A stretch of 64,000 nucleotides of DNA. Origin: Glycera tridactyla. Lineage: Eukaryota. Below the pieces are notes generated by a model, which saw nothing but the letters and a program-made list of their open reading frames with translations, was not told where the DNA came from and ran no database searches. The stretch covers positions 96,472,001 to 96,536,000 of the forward strand of contig OZ286461.1 in NCBI GenBank assembly GCA_965644265.1, in the 5' to 3' direction. The position numbers and the translations under genes are program-made. Shown piece after piece: positions 46,199-58,984 of the stretch (positions are counted from its first letter, which is position 1; each line of letters starts with the position of its first letter).

Positions 46199-46404
46199 NN
46201 NNNNNNNNNNNNNNNNNNNNNNNNNNNNNNNNNNNNNNNNNNNNNNNNNNNNNNNNNNNNNNNNNNNNNNNNNNNNNNNNNNNNNNNNNNNNNNNNNNNN
46301 NNNNNNNNNNNNNNNNNNNNNNNNNNNNNNNNNNNNNNNNNNNNNNNNNNNNNNNNNNNNNNNNNNNNNNNNNNNNNNNNNNNNNNNNNNNNNNNNNNNN
46401 NNNN
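46199..46404. other. Assembly gap (206 N)
   Basis: Run of n. Confidence 0.99.
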
Positions 46405-47607
46405 GACGACGGCGATCGTGATCATGTTAATGGAAGATTTGCAGTTTGTCTGTAATGAGATATAGATCAAACACTTGGTGTCTGAGGAGGACAACATCAG
46501 AGAACTCTCATTTCGTGTGATGCCCTCCAGAGGTGAGCACACACGTGCTTCTAATGTAAGCCATTACCATGGGATTATTCGTTCCACTTTGAAAAACCTA
46601 CACTCGTGTTGTGAAAGGTGTGACTCCAGTTGACGTGAAAACGACGCTTCTCCGCAGATGTCACATTCCGACACTTGCCTGCAGGTTGTTCAGTTGAGCT
46701 AACGGATAAAACGTCCGCCAAATCCCCTACCAAATATTGTCTATCATATGTGTGTCAAATGTGTGTCATATGTAACGTTAGCGAGTGTTAGCTGTAACTG
46801 AACAGCCTGCATGTTTCCTGTTCGACTATTCACAGCGCGAGGTTACATGCGGCTAAATCATATCCCCATCCATCAACCAGCCTCGAATCCGACACCAAAT
46901 GTTTCCAGAGAGAATCCTAATCTCTCATGAGGGGGACTGATTTTGTGTCTCATTTGCTTGAATACCCAATAAAATATCTCAAACCAGTGCCCTCAGCTAG
47001 ATATGATTTTCGAATATGATAATGGATTTTCATCTTACAGTGAGGATATATAGAGACCTTAGGATGTGGTTGACAATACCCCATTGGATCATATACCACG
47101 TTCAAATCACAAGTAAATGAACAATAGAAAACTCAGACATATGGAGCAGTATCCCATAACACTAGGTTAATTGTGTCAGATTATACTAGAATATAGACAA
47201 GTGACAGAGAGGTGTTTCTGGCCACAATATCTGTGGAATTTTAGTATATGATTTTCCTAGGAGCAGAATCAACGTTGGACATTCAACCAGCAACAACACC
47301 CCACCGTGCACTTCAACATATGTACCAGCAGAGATTAAGTATTCGGAGTCAAGCTCAATGTGCATGGGGATATTATATCTGAATGTGCAGTCATCCTGGT
47401 TATCAATATGATCTGCGCTTCTCGCTGAAGCGGCACGTGTGTGTGTGGAGGTAAGTGAGGAGAAACTCTGCGATCCACTTCTACACTTCACTCAGGTATG
47501 AGCGGGTACTAGGCTATAGTACGGTCATGGTATGGTGATTGTAGAGTGCTTAGCTCAAGCAGTCAACTCTGCATCTGTGGTTCAATACTTTTCAGGGATA
47601 TGAGGAA

Positions 47608-47785
47608 ATGGAAATGGTGATGTTTTAGGTCCACTTTCTGCACTTGAGTAGGCTAAATCGGATCACCTGCCAAAGAGGAGCGAAGATGAAGGGTGAACAT
47701 TCCTGCATGGTAGGCCTGGGGATTGAACCCCGGACCCATTGCATGCCGGCCCAGTACGCTACCACTGAGCCACCGAGGCAGGCCC
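47608..47785 (-). mobile_element. Full-length tRNA-derived SINE (178 bp) with a 16-bp target-site duplication
   Basis: Minus strand A box TGGCTCAGTGG and B box GGTTCAATCCC; simple-repeat tail (catcaccatttccat); identical flanking TCAGGGATATGAGGAA at 47592-47607 and 47786-47801. Confidence 0.87.
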
Positions 47786-50700
47786 TCAGGGATATGAGGA
47801 AGCCTCACGCTCGAACAGGGTTGCAGGGCCATACAGCAGGTCGGCTGAACATGTTAAGGATACATCGTGTTTTAGTCTTAATTACAACTTGGGCAGGGGG
47901 TCTTCGGTCTCTTCAGATGGTAGACACCAATCGGTACGGGACATATGCTATAAAGTGTTGTCATCGAGGACGATGGGGCATCAATGTAACCATGACCTCT
48001 TATCCTTTTCACAATATTGATTAATGGGGCACGCTTACCTGAAAGTATAACAAGAGAATCAACGAACAAAATAAACAGAATAAATCATCATCACCGAGTG
48101 AGTTGACATAGGAGGATAGTGAGTGTATGATGATTTCTCGATGATTGATGCTCAGGTCATGATGACTATCAGAGCGGTCTTGGAGGTATCCATAGCGACA
48201 AGCAGCGGCATCTGTCACTATGAACACACAGTTATTACCTGATATTGTTTGATGTCTTGATATGTGCAGATATGAGAACATACCATTGCTGAGACAAAAG
48301 GACAAACACTATCAGTCGATCTCTATGATGGCTATTCACGCAGAAGAAATAAGTAACTATCACCTGCCAGTTCCCATTGACTTTTTGTATCGGCCCACAT
48401 CAAGAATCCAGTGTAGATATACTGTGATAATCGGTTTCCATGTCAATTGCCTCTCATTCGAGCCCATGTGGAGCTGACACAACAGTAAACTACAGACTAG
48501 AAAGACACAGCGTCATATTTCCGTTTTGGTGACCTTAGGGTCAGATCGTCTTGAAGAACCTGGAGTGTCTGGTTTTCATATCATTTCACCGTCTTATGGG
48601 ACACCAAAAGGAAGTGTCGTGAACGAGCTCACCTATAGCCATTCCATTCGCGTCTCAATATAGCCTATCCGATACTCATGAGATGTTAGTCATTCAACCA
48701 ACCTGTTTTAGGCCAGTCTTTGTGAGTATCATCACGTTGGGTTTTGATGGCATGCATCAATGCATGGGGGTGGGGGTGGAATGTCATGTGCTCCAGACCT
48801 ATGCGAACCGAATACTCTTTTCCATGCAAGCATCATGCTTACATAAATTGAAAAATTGGAAAAGGACTGCCAAAAAGTTTGTCATGTGGGACACAGATAA
48901 GACTGAGTGTCATAAGCAACTATGCAGTCTGGGGGCTGATGTTGATGCCCGAAGGCCCTAGACAGTATCAAGACGAAGCTCATGGAATACTTGACCCATG
49001 TATTCAGCTATGAACTGTCGACACCAACTGATGCATTCACGTTCTAACTGTTGAGATCTACCCATTACACTTTCAAGGAAATCGTGTCACAGTCCTGACA
49101 TTCCAATGCTGATGCATATCCTGACTCAAACCCAAACCCATAAAAACACGCGCACAAGCATGTGCATGTGCTGCACAGCCACCCTGGTCTTTGTCACTCA
49201 ACCGCAGTCAACAGTAAGCACAGGACCTTGATCAATGTTGCCTGCAAAGATGTTGTGCCTTACGTCACCCCTTCCCTCCTTCTCAGTTGGTTTCGACCCG
49301 AGAGTTTGATGAAAAGACATTCTCATCTATCCGTATTTAGGCATCACCCACCAAAATCTAGCGTTTGGACAACACCAAATTTGATCCTTGCTATTCAAAC
49401 AATTGTCTTTGATGAAGACATCTGTCAGTGATTCCATTCCGAAACTACTATAGTTCTGTGGCGAGGGTCCATGACGCAGTGCATGCAGGGAAAATATTAT
49501 CATCACCCCATATATAGCTTCAAAAAGTCTTCAACGATCTTCATTTTTCACGGGAGTGTATCCTCGACACATCTTTTCCTTCCCTCTCCCCACATAGATC
49601 GACATAATGTGTATATTGCAGGCAAAAGATCATATATCCCATCAAGATAGTGTTGTGTATAAACTGAAGATTACATCATTTCGGGGAACCAAAGCAATCG
49701 AGAGCAACTCCGTTATTCTGTCTCCTCTGTCATTTTGTGTAAACTTACCCTTTGGTCAAAAATGCTCTATATCCAGGATCTTTCCGTATGACCTTCTCAT
49801 CGATCTACAATCTCTAAGATGCATAATTCAGCAGAGTACCCGCGTCGTTTGCTCCTCCAACAGAAAACCAGACAGCATTGATGATGGGGCAAACTGGACA
49901 CTTGTAATGCATGGGATATATGATCAAAACAAAGAGAACAAAGCGCACAGATAATCAGCGTGGCTGTTGCTCTACACCCGACAAGTATCTCCTCTTGTAT
50001 AATTCCCCATCGTTGGATCCTCTCGGACATCATTCATTCATTCATTCATTCATCCGTTCATTCATCTATTTATTGGTTGATAGATTTATCAAACTTCTGA
50101 TTCACCTTACAACTTTTCTATTCACTGATTCCTTAATTTATTGATGTATCCATGTATATATCTAGTCATGTACTCATTTACTCTTGACCTATGATTTACC
50201 TATAAATCAATTGATCAATTATCTAATTGGTCATATGGTTTTGTCCCTTGATATTGCATATACTGCCGAACCAATGATATATTGTCAAAAAAGGCGCGGG
50301 CACACAATCCGAGAATTCTAAAAATGGGTCAGTGGTACAAAAGCTAGAAATAGCATTTCTTGAATGCAATCACCACTGTCTACTCGGGCACTACAGTGGA
50401 CAGAAGGAGTTAACGCGAAAGGAGTGGGGTCGATTTACGGGGCAGTAATTAATAGTATTGTAGCCATTCATGGATGAGGTGGCCTGAATGTACCATCATC
50501 ACTTCGCGTTTCTTCCGTGTTCTCAAAAAAAGACCTGCCTTCTCTCATCTATCTACTGCTACCAATCAGTGTTTTATCGTCATATCAAGGAACTTCATTT
50601 GGTCATATCACATGTTATAGCAACAACTATGTGGGAAAAACGAGTAAACACCGGAAATAAACATAGTGGATGATATATGATGAGCGTGCTTCACCCAATA

Positions 50701-51059
50701 ATGAGAACTTGGACTGCTTACAGATCTGTCAATCAGACAAATGCTATAGTTCTTCATCATTCTGTATGTAAGGGGCGCGATTGCAAGGGTTGCATCCCAT
50801 CATGAATCTGAATTACACATATCAGTGTGACATACCTTTTTCAGCTACCAATGAAACAAGAGCCTTGAAGCGAGGAGGTATCATTTGCTCATTCGTCACT
50901 CATGAACGAGGGGTTGGTGCAGTTCGTATGCAGAGACAGATGAGTGCTCTTTGTGTAGCTAGCCCCCCCCCCCCCCCCTCTGTCAGTATCCGCCCCTCCA
51001 TCCTCTCGGGTTTGCTTGTCACCTTTCAGGCAGTTATATTTGTGGATATGTCACATGTA

Positions 51060-51580
51060 GGTCGCACTGCCACTTGACAACCTTCCTGGCTACCCATCAT
51101 TTCGTCTGCAGGGTCCGTCAAAGTAATGCTTGAAGGAGACAAAGCACCCGACCCTCATAAAACTAAAACAAGTGACATTTATATTCCCATGGGTTCAGAC
51201 ATGTTTCCAAGCAATCGACCAACCAACCGATAAATGATCTCGCGAAATATCCAACCACAAGACAACCGAATGATCTACCGATCGTCCAGCCAACCGATCA
51301 ACAAACCATCAATTCAACCAACCATCCAACTAACCAACCTACCGACCAAGCATTCAATCAATCAAATAACCAACGAACTAACCAAGCAATCAACGACCGA
51401 TCACGGAGAACTTTTTCTACGACCCGCCCCCCTCCAAATTGCACACTGCAAAACACTTTCCATTATCTTGTGTTCAGGGTTTGTGTAAGTGATGTCTGCA
51501 GGGGACAGAACATCTAGCTTTCATTGACCAGGAACACACGGCATACACAATTCTTTTGGTTGATACATACCATTAAACAT
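51060..51580 (+). repeat. Two further R1 copies (diverged 51060-51200; 51445-51580) separated by a degenerate (CCAA/TCAA)n tract
   Basis: ccacttgacaacctt...cccatcat and tgtgttcagggtttgtgtaagtgatgtctgcaggggacagaacatctagctttcattgaccaggaacac match the family core. Confidence 0.7.
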
Positions 51581-54500
51581 CATTGAGTCAATCAATCAAT
51601 CAATCAATCTCGAATTTGAACAAAGTCATCCGAATATCCCCAGACTCGCCATTATGTATCATTGGAGGTACGCGGCATTAGCTGGATCCACGAAGGACTT
51701 CTACGCGAAATGATACTCGAGTGGTAGCGAAATCAGGAATGTATGTTAGATTCAATGAAGTGTTTTGATTTACTACGATGTTGGCATTGATGTTCATCTA
51801 TCTGCCACTGTACACATGACGAACGGCACCACCCGCCATCAATCTTCAACAGTTCCATGCCTCATTTGTCTGAGAAAAGATTTGAGGCATCGAGGTTTGC
51901 TTGAAATCGTCATGAATTCCTGAGATCCGGCTGCACGAAATACTGAATATAGATGATTCCGATTCTCTATTCTCTCAATTGCCCATTGTGTTTGAAGGAT
52001 TTAACTACAGCATAGGAGAATATGTTCACTTTAGTCAGAAATATATATGCATATTGTCTGTTGGAAATAATGCTGAACACTCTAACTCATACCCCCCAGG
52101 GTGTCCCGATATTGCTCAAAACTCATCAAGGAGAAAATAAGCCATGAACAAACCAACCACCTAACACCATACCCATCTCGGGAAGTGTATCATTTCACAA
52201 AAAAGGTGTTTATGATTATCTCATTTTTCCTTGTGGACAGATCTCGCGGCATCCGTCGTTCCCATCCACATGATGGATGCAGTCCACCAATGACATCTAT
52301 CTTCAGATGTATTCCTCAAGTGCAGCAAAGAGTACGTGATGTATGGCGTCGGTTAGAAATATGTACGGATGCCCTCTAACGGTTTTTTTCCTGATAAGAC
52401 CCCTCTGGTGTCATGTCGCTTTCGACCAGGGAGGAGTCTTGATTGGTCTCTTCCCTCGACTATTGCACGGACGTCGAAATATAACACATGGATTTGACGT
52501 GCTTGCCCCATTGAGATCATGTCGTCCGCCCATGTCTCCCAATACAACTTTATATAGGTACGCCCACAGTAACTTTTTGGTATTTTCCTGCAAAAACGAG
52601 CCAACCAATTCATTTCTAAAAAAGATACATGCCAACGAATTGGACGGAGGTGTAAAGAATTCATGCATTGTCTGACGTTTCATGCTTATCTTTTGTTTTT
52701 CCCTACTCAATGTAGCGATCTGCTCACCCCTCTGACACGCGGAAATCATGCTACCCACCAGTAGTAAATTTTATGTTTTCAACTTTTTTTCCTCGAATCT
52801 TCGTTGACTTCTGTCCTTTCAATTTGGTGAAGCCATCCGTCTTTCGTAGATACTACTGCTTCACATATTCGAATCGAGGGACTATACTTTCCATTCTCTC
52901 CAGAAATGTGCTCTCTTCGCACCCGACTCCTTAGAAAAGCAACTTGAGAATCGTAGTGAATGTAAAGGTCACAGAAATTTAGGTCCAAAACATCAGAGGT
53001 ATAGTCGGCACATTGGTCAGGGAACCTGACTGAGATCATGGAACGCAAGGTCCTGACATCCAGCGTCAAATCATCCATGCGGCGTTAGGGTCTATCCGCA
53101 CGGTAGTCACACATCCTCTAAACGAATTATGCATCATTTCCAATGGTTGGTTTGAGGCACATCAGCTATATTAGCATATCTTGACAGCGGTGCACCCCTG
53201 CGAGTAGGAGATATGCTCACCTGGGCTCCACTCGGCAGTACAAAGAGAATGCAGACTTCGAGGGACATTTGCACGAATGCATCCCACCTAAGTATATGTC
53301 GTTGCATATGCATTTTCTTGAATAACCTATCCATGGAATTCTATCATCAGCCATGAATGAATCCTCTCTCGCTTCAGTGCATATATTTCACATTATTATC
53401 TAATTTCATCTCAAGCCTTTCTGTGATATAGCTGCATTGTCTCCATACATGTTCATAATGCTAGTTATGTTATTCCAGTGGACACCTTGGACTTGGACCA
53501 TACCGCCAAAATCATTTTTGTAGTCATGAATGAATTGCATAATCACCGAGTGGAGAGACATGTTGTTTCTATCGTCCTGTCTGAATACCAAAATGTATAC
53601 TTGCAATATAAACTACCATAGGGTCTCCTGTATTCAATGAGATGTTCCAATTACCTAGCATACATAATGCGTTGAGGCATGTTGTTAGGCCAACACCGCA
53701 TCTGGCAACCTGTAGTTGAGAGTTTATCACAGCTTGTGATTGTGATTGCAGCCATTGAGCTGTCTCGTAAACTCCATCTAATTGGTCTACTCCAGCACCA
53801 TCTAAACTTTGCCTCCTCACATTATTATCCATCCTTACGTTTTTTTTCCTTCTCTAAGCTGTTGTTAGGGAGACCTCTGACATTTCACAGACAAAAAAGT
53901 ACAATCACTACCTTCCAACTAGCAGAATCGGTAATTGTATCTGAAAAAGTTGCCACTTAGCATGCACTGGTCCATTTGAAAATGGTTGAACTACTGGTTG
54001 GGAGAATCGTACATGCAATAGAATCTTGTAATAAGGTTGATCCTCCCAGCTGATCTATTCATGAAAGCTAGCATTTTTTGTTGAGATGATAATTTCGAAC
54101 CATCGACTATCTCTTCTCGATGTACTAGAATATCAAAATAGTTTTCCCTGGGCATCCGTAGGTCAATGATAGATTTTCTGAGTTTCGCCGATCGGTAATG
54201 ATACATCTCCCCGTGGAAATCAGCACTGGACAACAAGTCATATTGTTGCTGTGAAGTATGAGGCATTAAAATTACATTTGATCTATCTGGTGACCAACAC
54301 AGGCATGAAGAAGGCAAACCTTGCCTTTTATTGATTATCGCCGTATCCTTCTGCTCTATTCATCTTGATACATGGTTGAGTGAATTTAATCAATCTAACA
54401 GACCAAGTGCAATCGGCAGGAATGGATACAAAGCGCAGATATCCATAAATAACTTTACACCACAGCTTGTCACTTTATGGACATCGTGCTGACCAGATCA

Positions 54501-54619
54501 GATATGCAGTATGTATAGCGACTTCACGTGAATAGAAAAACAAAGGTGTTTGTGAGATGCCACAATATCATCGCATATTTGTCACCCCACCTTTTATCAA
54601 ACCTTCTCCCAGCCCAATC

Positions 54620-54860
54620 TGTCCGTCTATCTGCCTCTTTGTCTGTTTCTGTCTCTGTCTCTGCCACTGTCTCCGTCTCTACCAGTCTCTCTGTTCGTCT
54701 CTGTCTGTCTGTCTGTCTCTGTCTTTGTCACTTTCTCTGTTTATCTGTCTGGTTGTCTGTCTGTCAGTCTCTCTCTGTCTCTGTCCGTCTGTCTGTCTGT
54801 CTCTCTCGGTTCTGTCTGTCAGTCTGTCTCTCTTTCTCTCTTACTCTCTACCCCTCTCTT
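54620..54860. repeat. Degenerate (TCTG)n/(CT)n microsatellite
   Basis: Direct inspection. Confidence 0.9.
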
Positions 54861-56949
54861 TCAAATCCATCAGTGGGATAAAAACATACTGATTATGTGC
54901 ACCGTTCTGAAACCAGACTTATAGCACAAAACTCTTGTACAGAACACGAGTATGCGTGGCATTCTTGCAGTACCACATGCCATTTTCGGAAGCGATTCAA
55001 TACCCTCCAATTCAGAATCCAACCAACCGATCAGCTACTGTATGGCAGGCGCAGTTATCAGTATTCTGGTGGATATAAATCGTCCCTCATCTTCACTCAC
55101 GTTCATCACCATCATCATCCACTACTACCACCACAATGATGATGGCATCAGGAGGACCATGCATCATGTGCTTTGTGATTGCTGCAATGACCGAAAGATC
55201 AAAAGATCGTATCCCATCTGCTGTCCCAATTCAGGTGAATGAAAAGCAGTGTGGAAGCAGTGAATAAGGGCTAGCCGAGAGAGCATGGGTATATAAATTC
55301 TAATGGATGAATATTGCTATTGGAAAATATATGTAAGTGTAACCTTTCTGTGACGAGTGGAGTCTCGAATGATCCCATCCATGACAAATACATGGACATC
55401 TCAAGAAAACCGAGATAGAGGTAACATCAGGGGAATTCCAACTAACCATCTAACCATCATACATGATTTATCACCGTCTTCATTATTTCGAATGTGAGGT
55501 ATTATCACAAGATTGATCCATCATCTAGAGCTGCACAGATTGTATCTGACTGGTAGGTGTGTGTCGGGACACACCCTGGTCAGCATTACTGTTTTTTTTT
55601 CAAAACAGTTACGAAGCTACATCTTATTTCAGGATTCTCAGCGCTCTGTGGCAAGTTGGGCCCGTTAGACTAGGGCGTATGTGCTCTCAATCAACATGTT
55701 TGTCTCTGACAATATTCAAGGTTGTATGAATCATAATCAAGAGCAGGAATATTCATCCTTGTTGATAGATCATATATCCAATAGCATGCCCTCAATGGTA
55801 TCCCAGACAATTTGACAATTTGACACAAATCAATTTATCCATTCGTCCATGAAGCCCATACATCTATCTAACTATTCATCGATCGATCGATCTATCTGTC
55901 TGTCTGTCTGTTCGTCTGTCTGTCCATCTCTCTGTTGGTCTGTATATGTGTTCTTCCGTGCAATTGCCCGTCCATCCACCTGCCAAGCATGCCCGCCCTT
56001 CCAGTCAAGAGTTTGGAATGCTTGTGAAGTGCATACTTCGACAACCTTATTGAAACGATCATGTGCCAATGATTCTTAGAGAGGCACTCTTTTCATCTAT
56101 CCTCCATTATGAAATGCTTGAAGGGAATCCCTCTTGTAGTTCAAGTACCTCTTTTTACATCGGAGTAAGATAATGGTGAAGACATTTCGATTGATGCATA
56201 GCTCTTGACTGCCTCTACATATTTCAGATATAAAATCGCTGTCGGAGACTCAATGTGACGTTTACAAAAATGTGAAATGCAGATGAGACGAGATTCCACG
56301 TCATTTGGACCAGTCAATAAGAACAGCCTTCACTATGGGTCCTTCTGTCTGTCTGTTGTCTGTCTGTCAAACGAACAAACAAACGAACAAACAAAAAAAT
56401 AAATGAATAAATGAATAAATACTAAAGCCACGTCTTTTCATTTCTTTATCTCACTATGTGCAACCCTCCATCCCACCCCTTAGCCGCAGGGGGAACACGA
56501 TCAGCAACGCACGGGCACTATATATGTGGGTCCCTAGGTCATGACATCGAACCCTGCCAACTCCTTGAAAATTCTGTACTGCCCCCCTGTTTTCTTTTTC
56601 ATTCAAAACCCCATAACACCCCCCGCCCCACAATAATACCCTCCCCTATTCATTCATTCCTTTTCATTCATTTCGCAAAGAATTTATCCCAACCTGCTTT
56701 CAGAAACAATGAACCACATAAGTTGGATCGAGCACCTAGAACCACCCTATATGCAAGGGACTCATTACCCCTTCACCCACCCCCAATTACCCAAACCAAG
56801 GTCCCCACAACTGCTCCCCATCTTTAACATGATTCGAGTAACCCCCTTCTCCCTTTTGGTGAACCCCCGACTAAGTCCCAAGTCATGGGGCGTGTTACGT
56901 CACGCCCAAACCGTTGCCACGGGGAGCTAGGCAGTGACACCCAAACAAA

Positions 56950-57720
56950 TTTGCAAAGCTATCTCGTGGCTTCTAGAGCAACTGAATGCTTTTTGACATC
57001 TCAACCGATGGCTCTGTCCTTTTTGGCGCGCATCTGAAGTGCCAGATCCTGAGATATGCAAAGGTTACAACCAATCCGAGCGTCGGCAATATATGCCTCC
57101 ATAGTTGCCATAATACATCAAAAAGATGGGATTTCAGAGAGAGAAACTAAAGATTTATTTCGATTTCCCTTCGTTTTGAGGACTTGATGATTCTCAATAG
57201 ACCCAAGCGTCGCTCTGCTATTTTTGATCAGGTAGTTGGCGTGATCAGTAAAGGTAAGGTTCTCATCCACTACCACACCCAGGTATTTGAAGTTAGCCAC
57301 CCGTGGGATACTGACGTTTCCCTGTGATATACTTTCGGTAGATAGTCTGCATTTTGAAGTTGTGTTTCCAAGGAACATAAGACGAGTTTTGCTCAGATTT
57401 AAGGACAGCCACATGTGTTTCAGCCAATTAGTCAATATGGACAGATCAGTGGTGATTTTTTTGGGTGATGGTTTCCTCGTTTTCAGCACTGGCACATAGC
57501 GCCAATTTATCAGCGTATAAAAATGCTTTCCCATGTTGTAGCCCAAGTGGGAGTTAATTTACGTAAAGTACAAAAAGTAGGGCGCCGAGGATTGAGCCTT
57601 GTGGGACCGATTAACTGTGGACTGACCATCTCCAGCGGATGCCATACCTGAGTTGTCAGCTGAGGATCTCTCACGAATAGTTTTCAATTTCGACACTATT
57701 GTCTATTCTGTATTTTTTTA
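56950..57720 (-). pseudogene. Decayed non-LTR retrotransposon (LINE, CR1/L2/Jockey-like) reverse transcriptase fragment
   Basis: Minus-strand VPQGSILGALLFVLYVN*LP...FLYADK (57607-57506; in-frame TAA at 57554-57556), then after a frameshift DLSILTNWLKHMWLSLNLSKT...FKYLGVVVDENLTFTDH, typical of RT motifs 4-7 and thumb. Confidence 0.85.
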
Positions 57721-57777
57721 TTTTGATGTAAATTTAGAATTCAGAATGGAATGACACCACAGGTTCTGGGCCATATT

Positions 57778-58081
57778 NNNNNNNNNNNNNNNNNNNNNNN
57801 NNNNNNNNNNNNNNNNNNNNNNNNNNNNNNNNNNNNNNNNNNNNNNNNNNNNNNNNNNNNNNNNNNNNNNNNNNNNNNNNNNNNNNNNNNNNNNNNNNNN
57901 NNNNNNNNNNNNNNNNNNNNNNNNNNNNNNNNNNNNNNNNNNNNNNNNNNNNNNNNNNNNNNNNNNNNNNNNNNNNNNNNNNNNNNNNNNNNNNNNNNNN
58001 NNNNNNNNNNNNNNNNNNNNNNNNNNNNNNNNNNNNNNNNNNNNNNNNNNNNNNNNNNNNNNNNNNNNNNNNNNNNNNNNN
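57778..58081. other. Assembly gap (304 N)
   Basis: Run of n. Confidence 0.99.
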
Positions 58082-58160
58082 GAGAGTGAGCACGAGAGAG
58101 ATACCAAGAGAGAGAAAGAGAGAGAAAGAGAGAGAGGGAGAGAGGGAGAGAGGGAGAGAG
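58082..58160. repeat. (GA)n-rich microsatellite flanking an assembly gap
   Basis: Direct inspection. Confidence 0.9.
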
Positions 58161-58554
58161 GTCAGGCGGCCAGATGATGACATGACGCCATCATATCGTT
58201 TTCACTCAGGGGTGGGACACATCATTAATTCTGTCTTTGCGTCAAACACCGTTCTGCATACACGAACAGACAAACATGTACATAATGCAAGCCTTTCGAA
58301 AACACCACGATTGTGCCGTGCACTGAAAACGAATCTGGAGTATACGGGACTCTCTCCCGGCGTACAGCATGCCTCACTCCGGCTCAGAGTAATGGTTACG
58401 CTGGCATGGAGTAACCAGTACTAACCACTCAGTGTTCTCATCACTGAACTCCGCCAAGCGTTTTCGAAACTCCAGTGGAGTTCTATTCGATAGTTACTCA
58501 TGAGATGTTGTCATAATATACGCTCTTGGTCAGGCTTTTATCATATTGTTTTGT

Positions 58555-58868
58555 NNNNNNNNNNNNNNNNNNNNNNNNNNNNNNNNNNNNNNNNNNNNNN
58601 NNNNNNNNNNNNNNNNNNNNNNNNNNNNNNNNNNNNNNNNNNNNNNNNNNNNNNNNNNNNNNNNNNNNNNNNNNNNNNNNNNNNNNNNNNNNNNNNNNNN
58701 NNNNNNNNNNNNNNNNNNNNNNNNNNNNNNNNNNNNNNNNNNNNNNNNNNNNNNNNNNNNNNNNNNNNNNNNNNNNNNNNNNNNNNNNNNNNNNNNNNNN
58801 NNNNNNNNNNNNNNNNNNNNNNNNNNNNNNNNNNNNNNNNNNNNNNNNNNNNNNNNNNNNNNNNNNNN
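58555..58868. other. Assembly gap (314 N)
   Basis: Run of n. Confidence 0.99.
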
Positions 58869-58904
58869 GGGGGAGAGCAGCCATGCATTGAGTGACCATG
58901 CCTC

Positions 58905-58906
<2 letters not shown>

Positions 58907-58956
<50 letters not shown>

Positions 58957-58984
58957 TGTGTGTGTGTCTGTGTGTGTGTGTGTG
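58907..58984. repeat. (GT)n microsatellite
   Basis: About 39 dinucleotide units with two GTCT interruptions. Confidence 0.95.

Noticed and set aside
47700-47785. Functional tRNA gene
   Set aside because: Has A/B boxes and a T-arm, but the acceptor stem does not pair, and it is flanked by a TSD and a tail, so it is a SINE.
56857-56871. TGGTGAACCCCCGAC as a tRNA-Trp primer-binding site of an LTR element
   Set aside because: Imperfect match, not preceded by an LTR-terminal CA, and no gag/pol or second LTR nearby.
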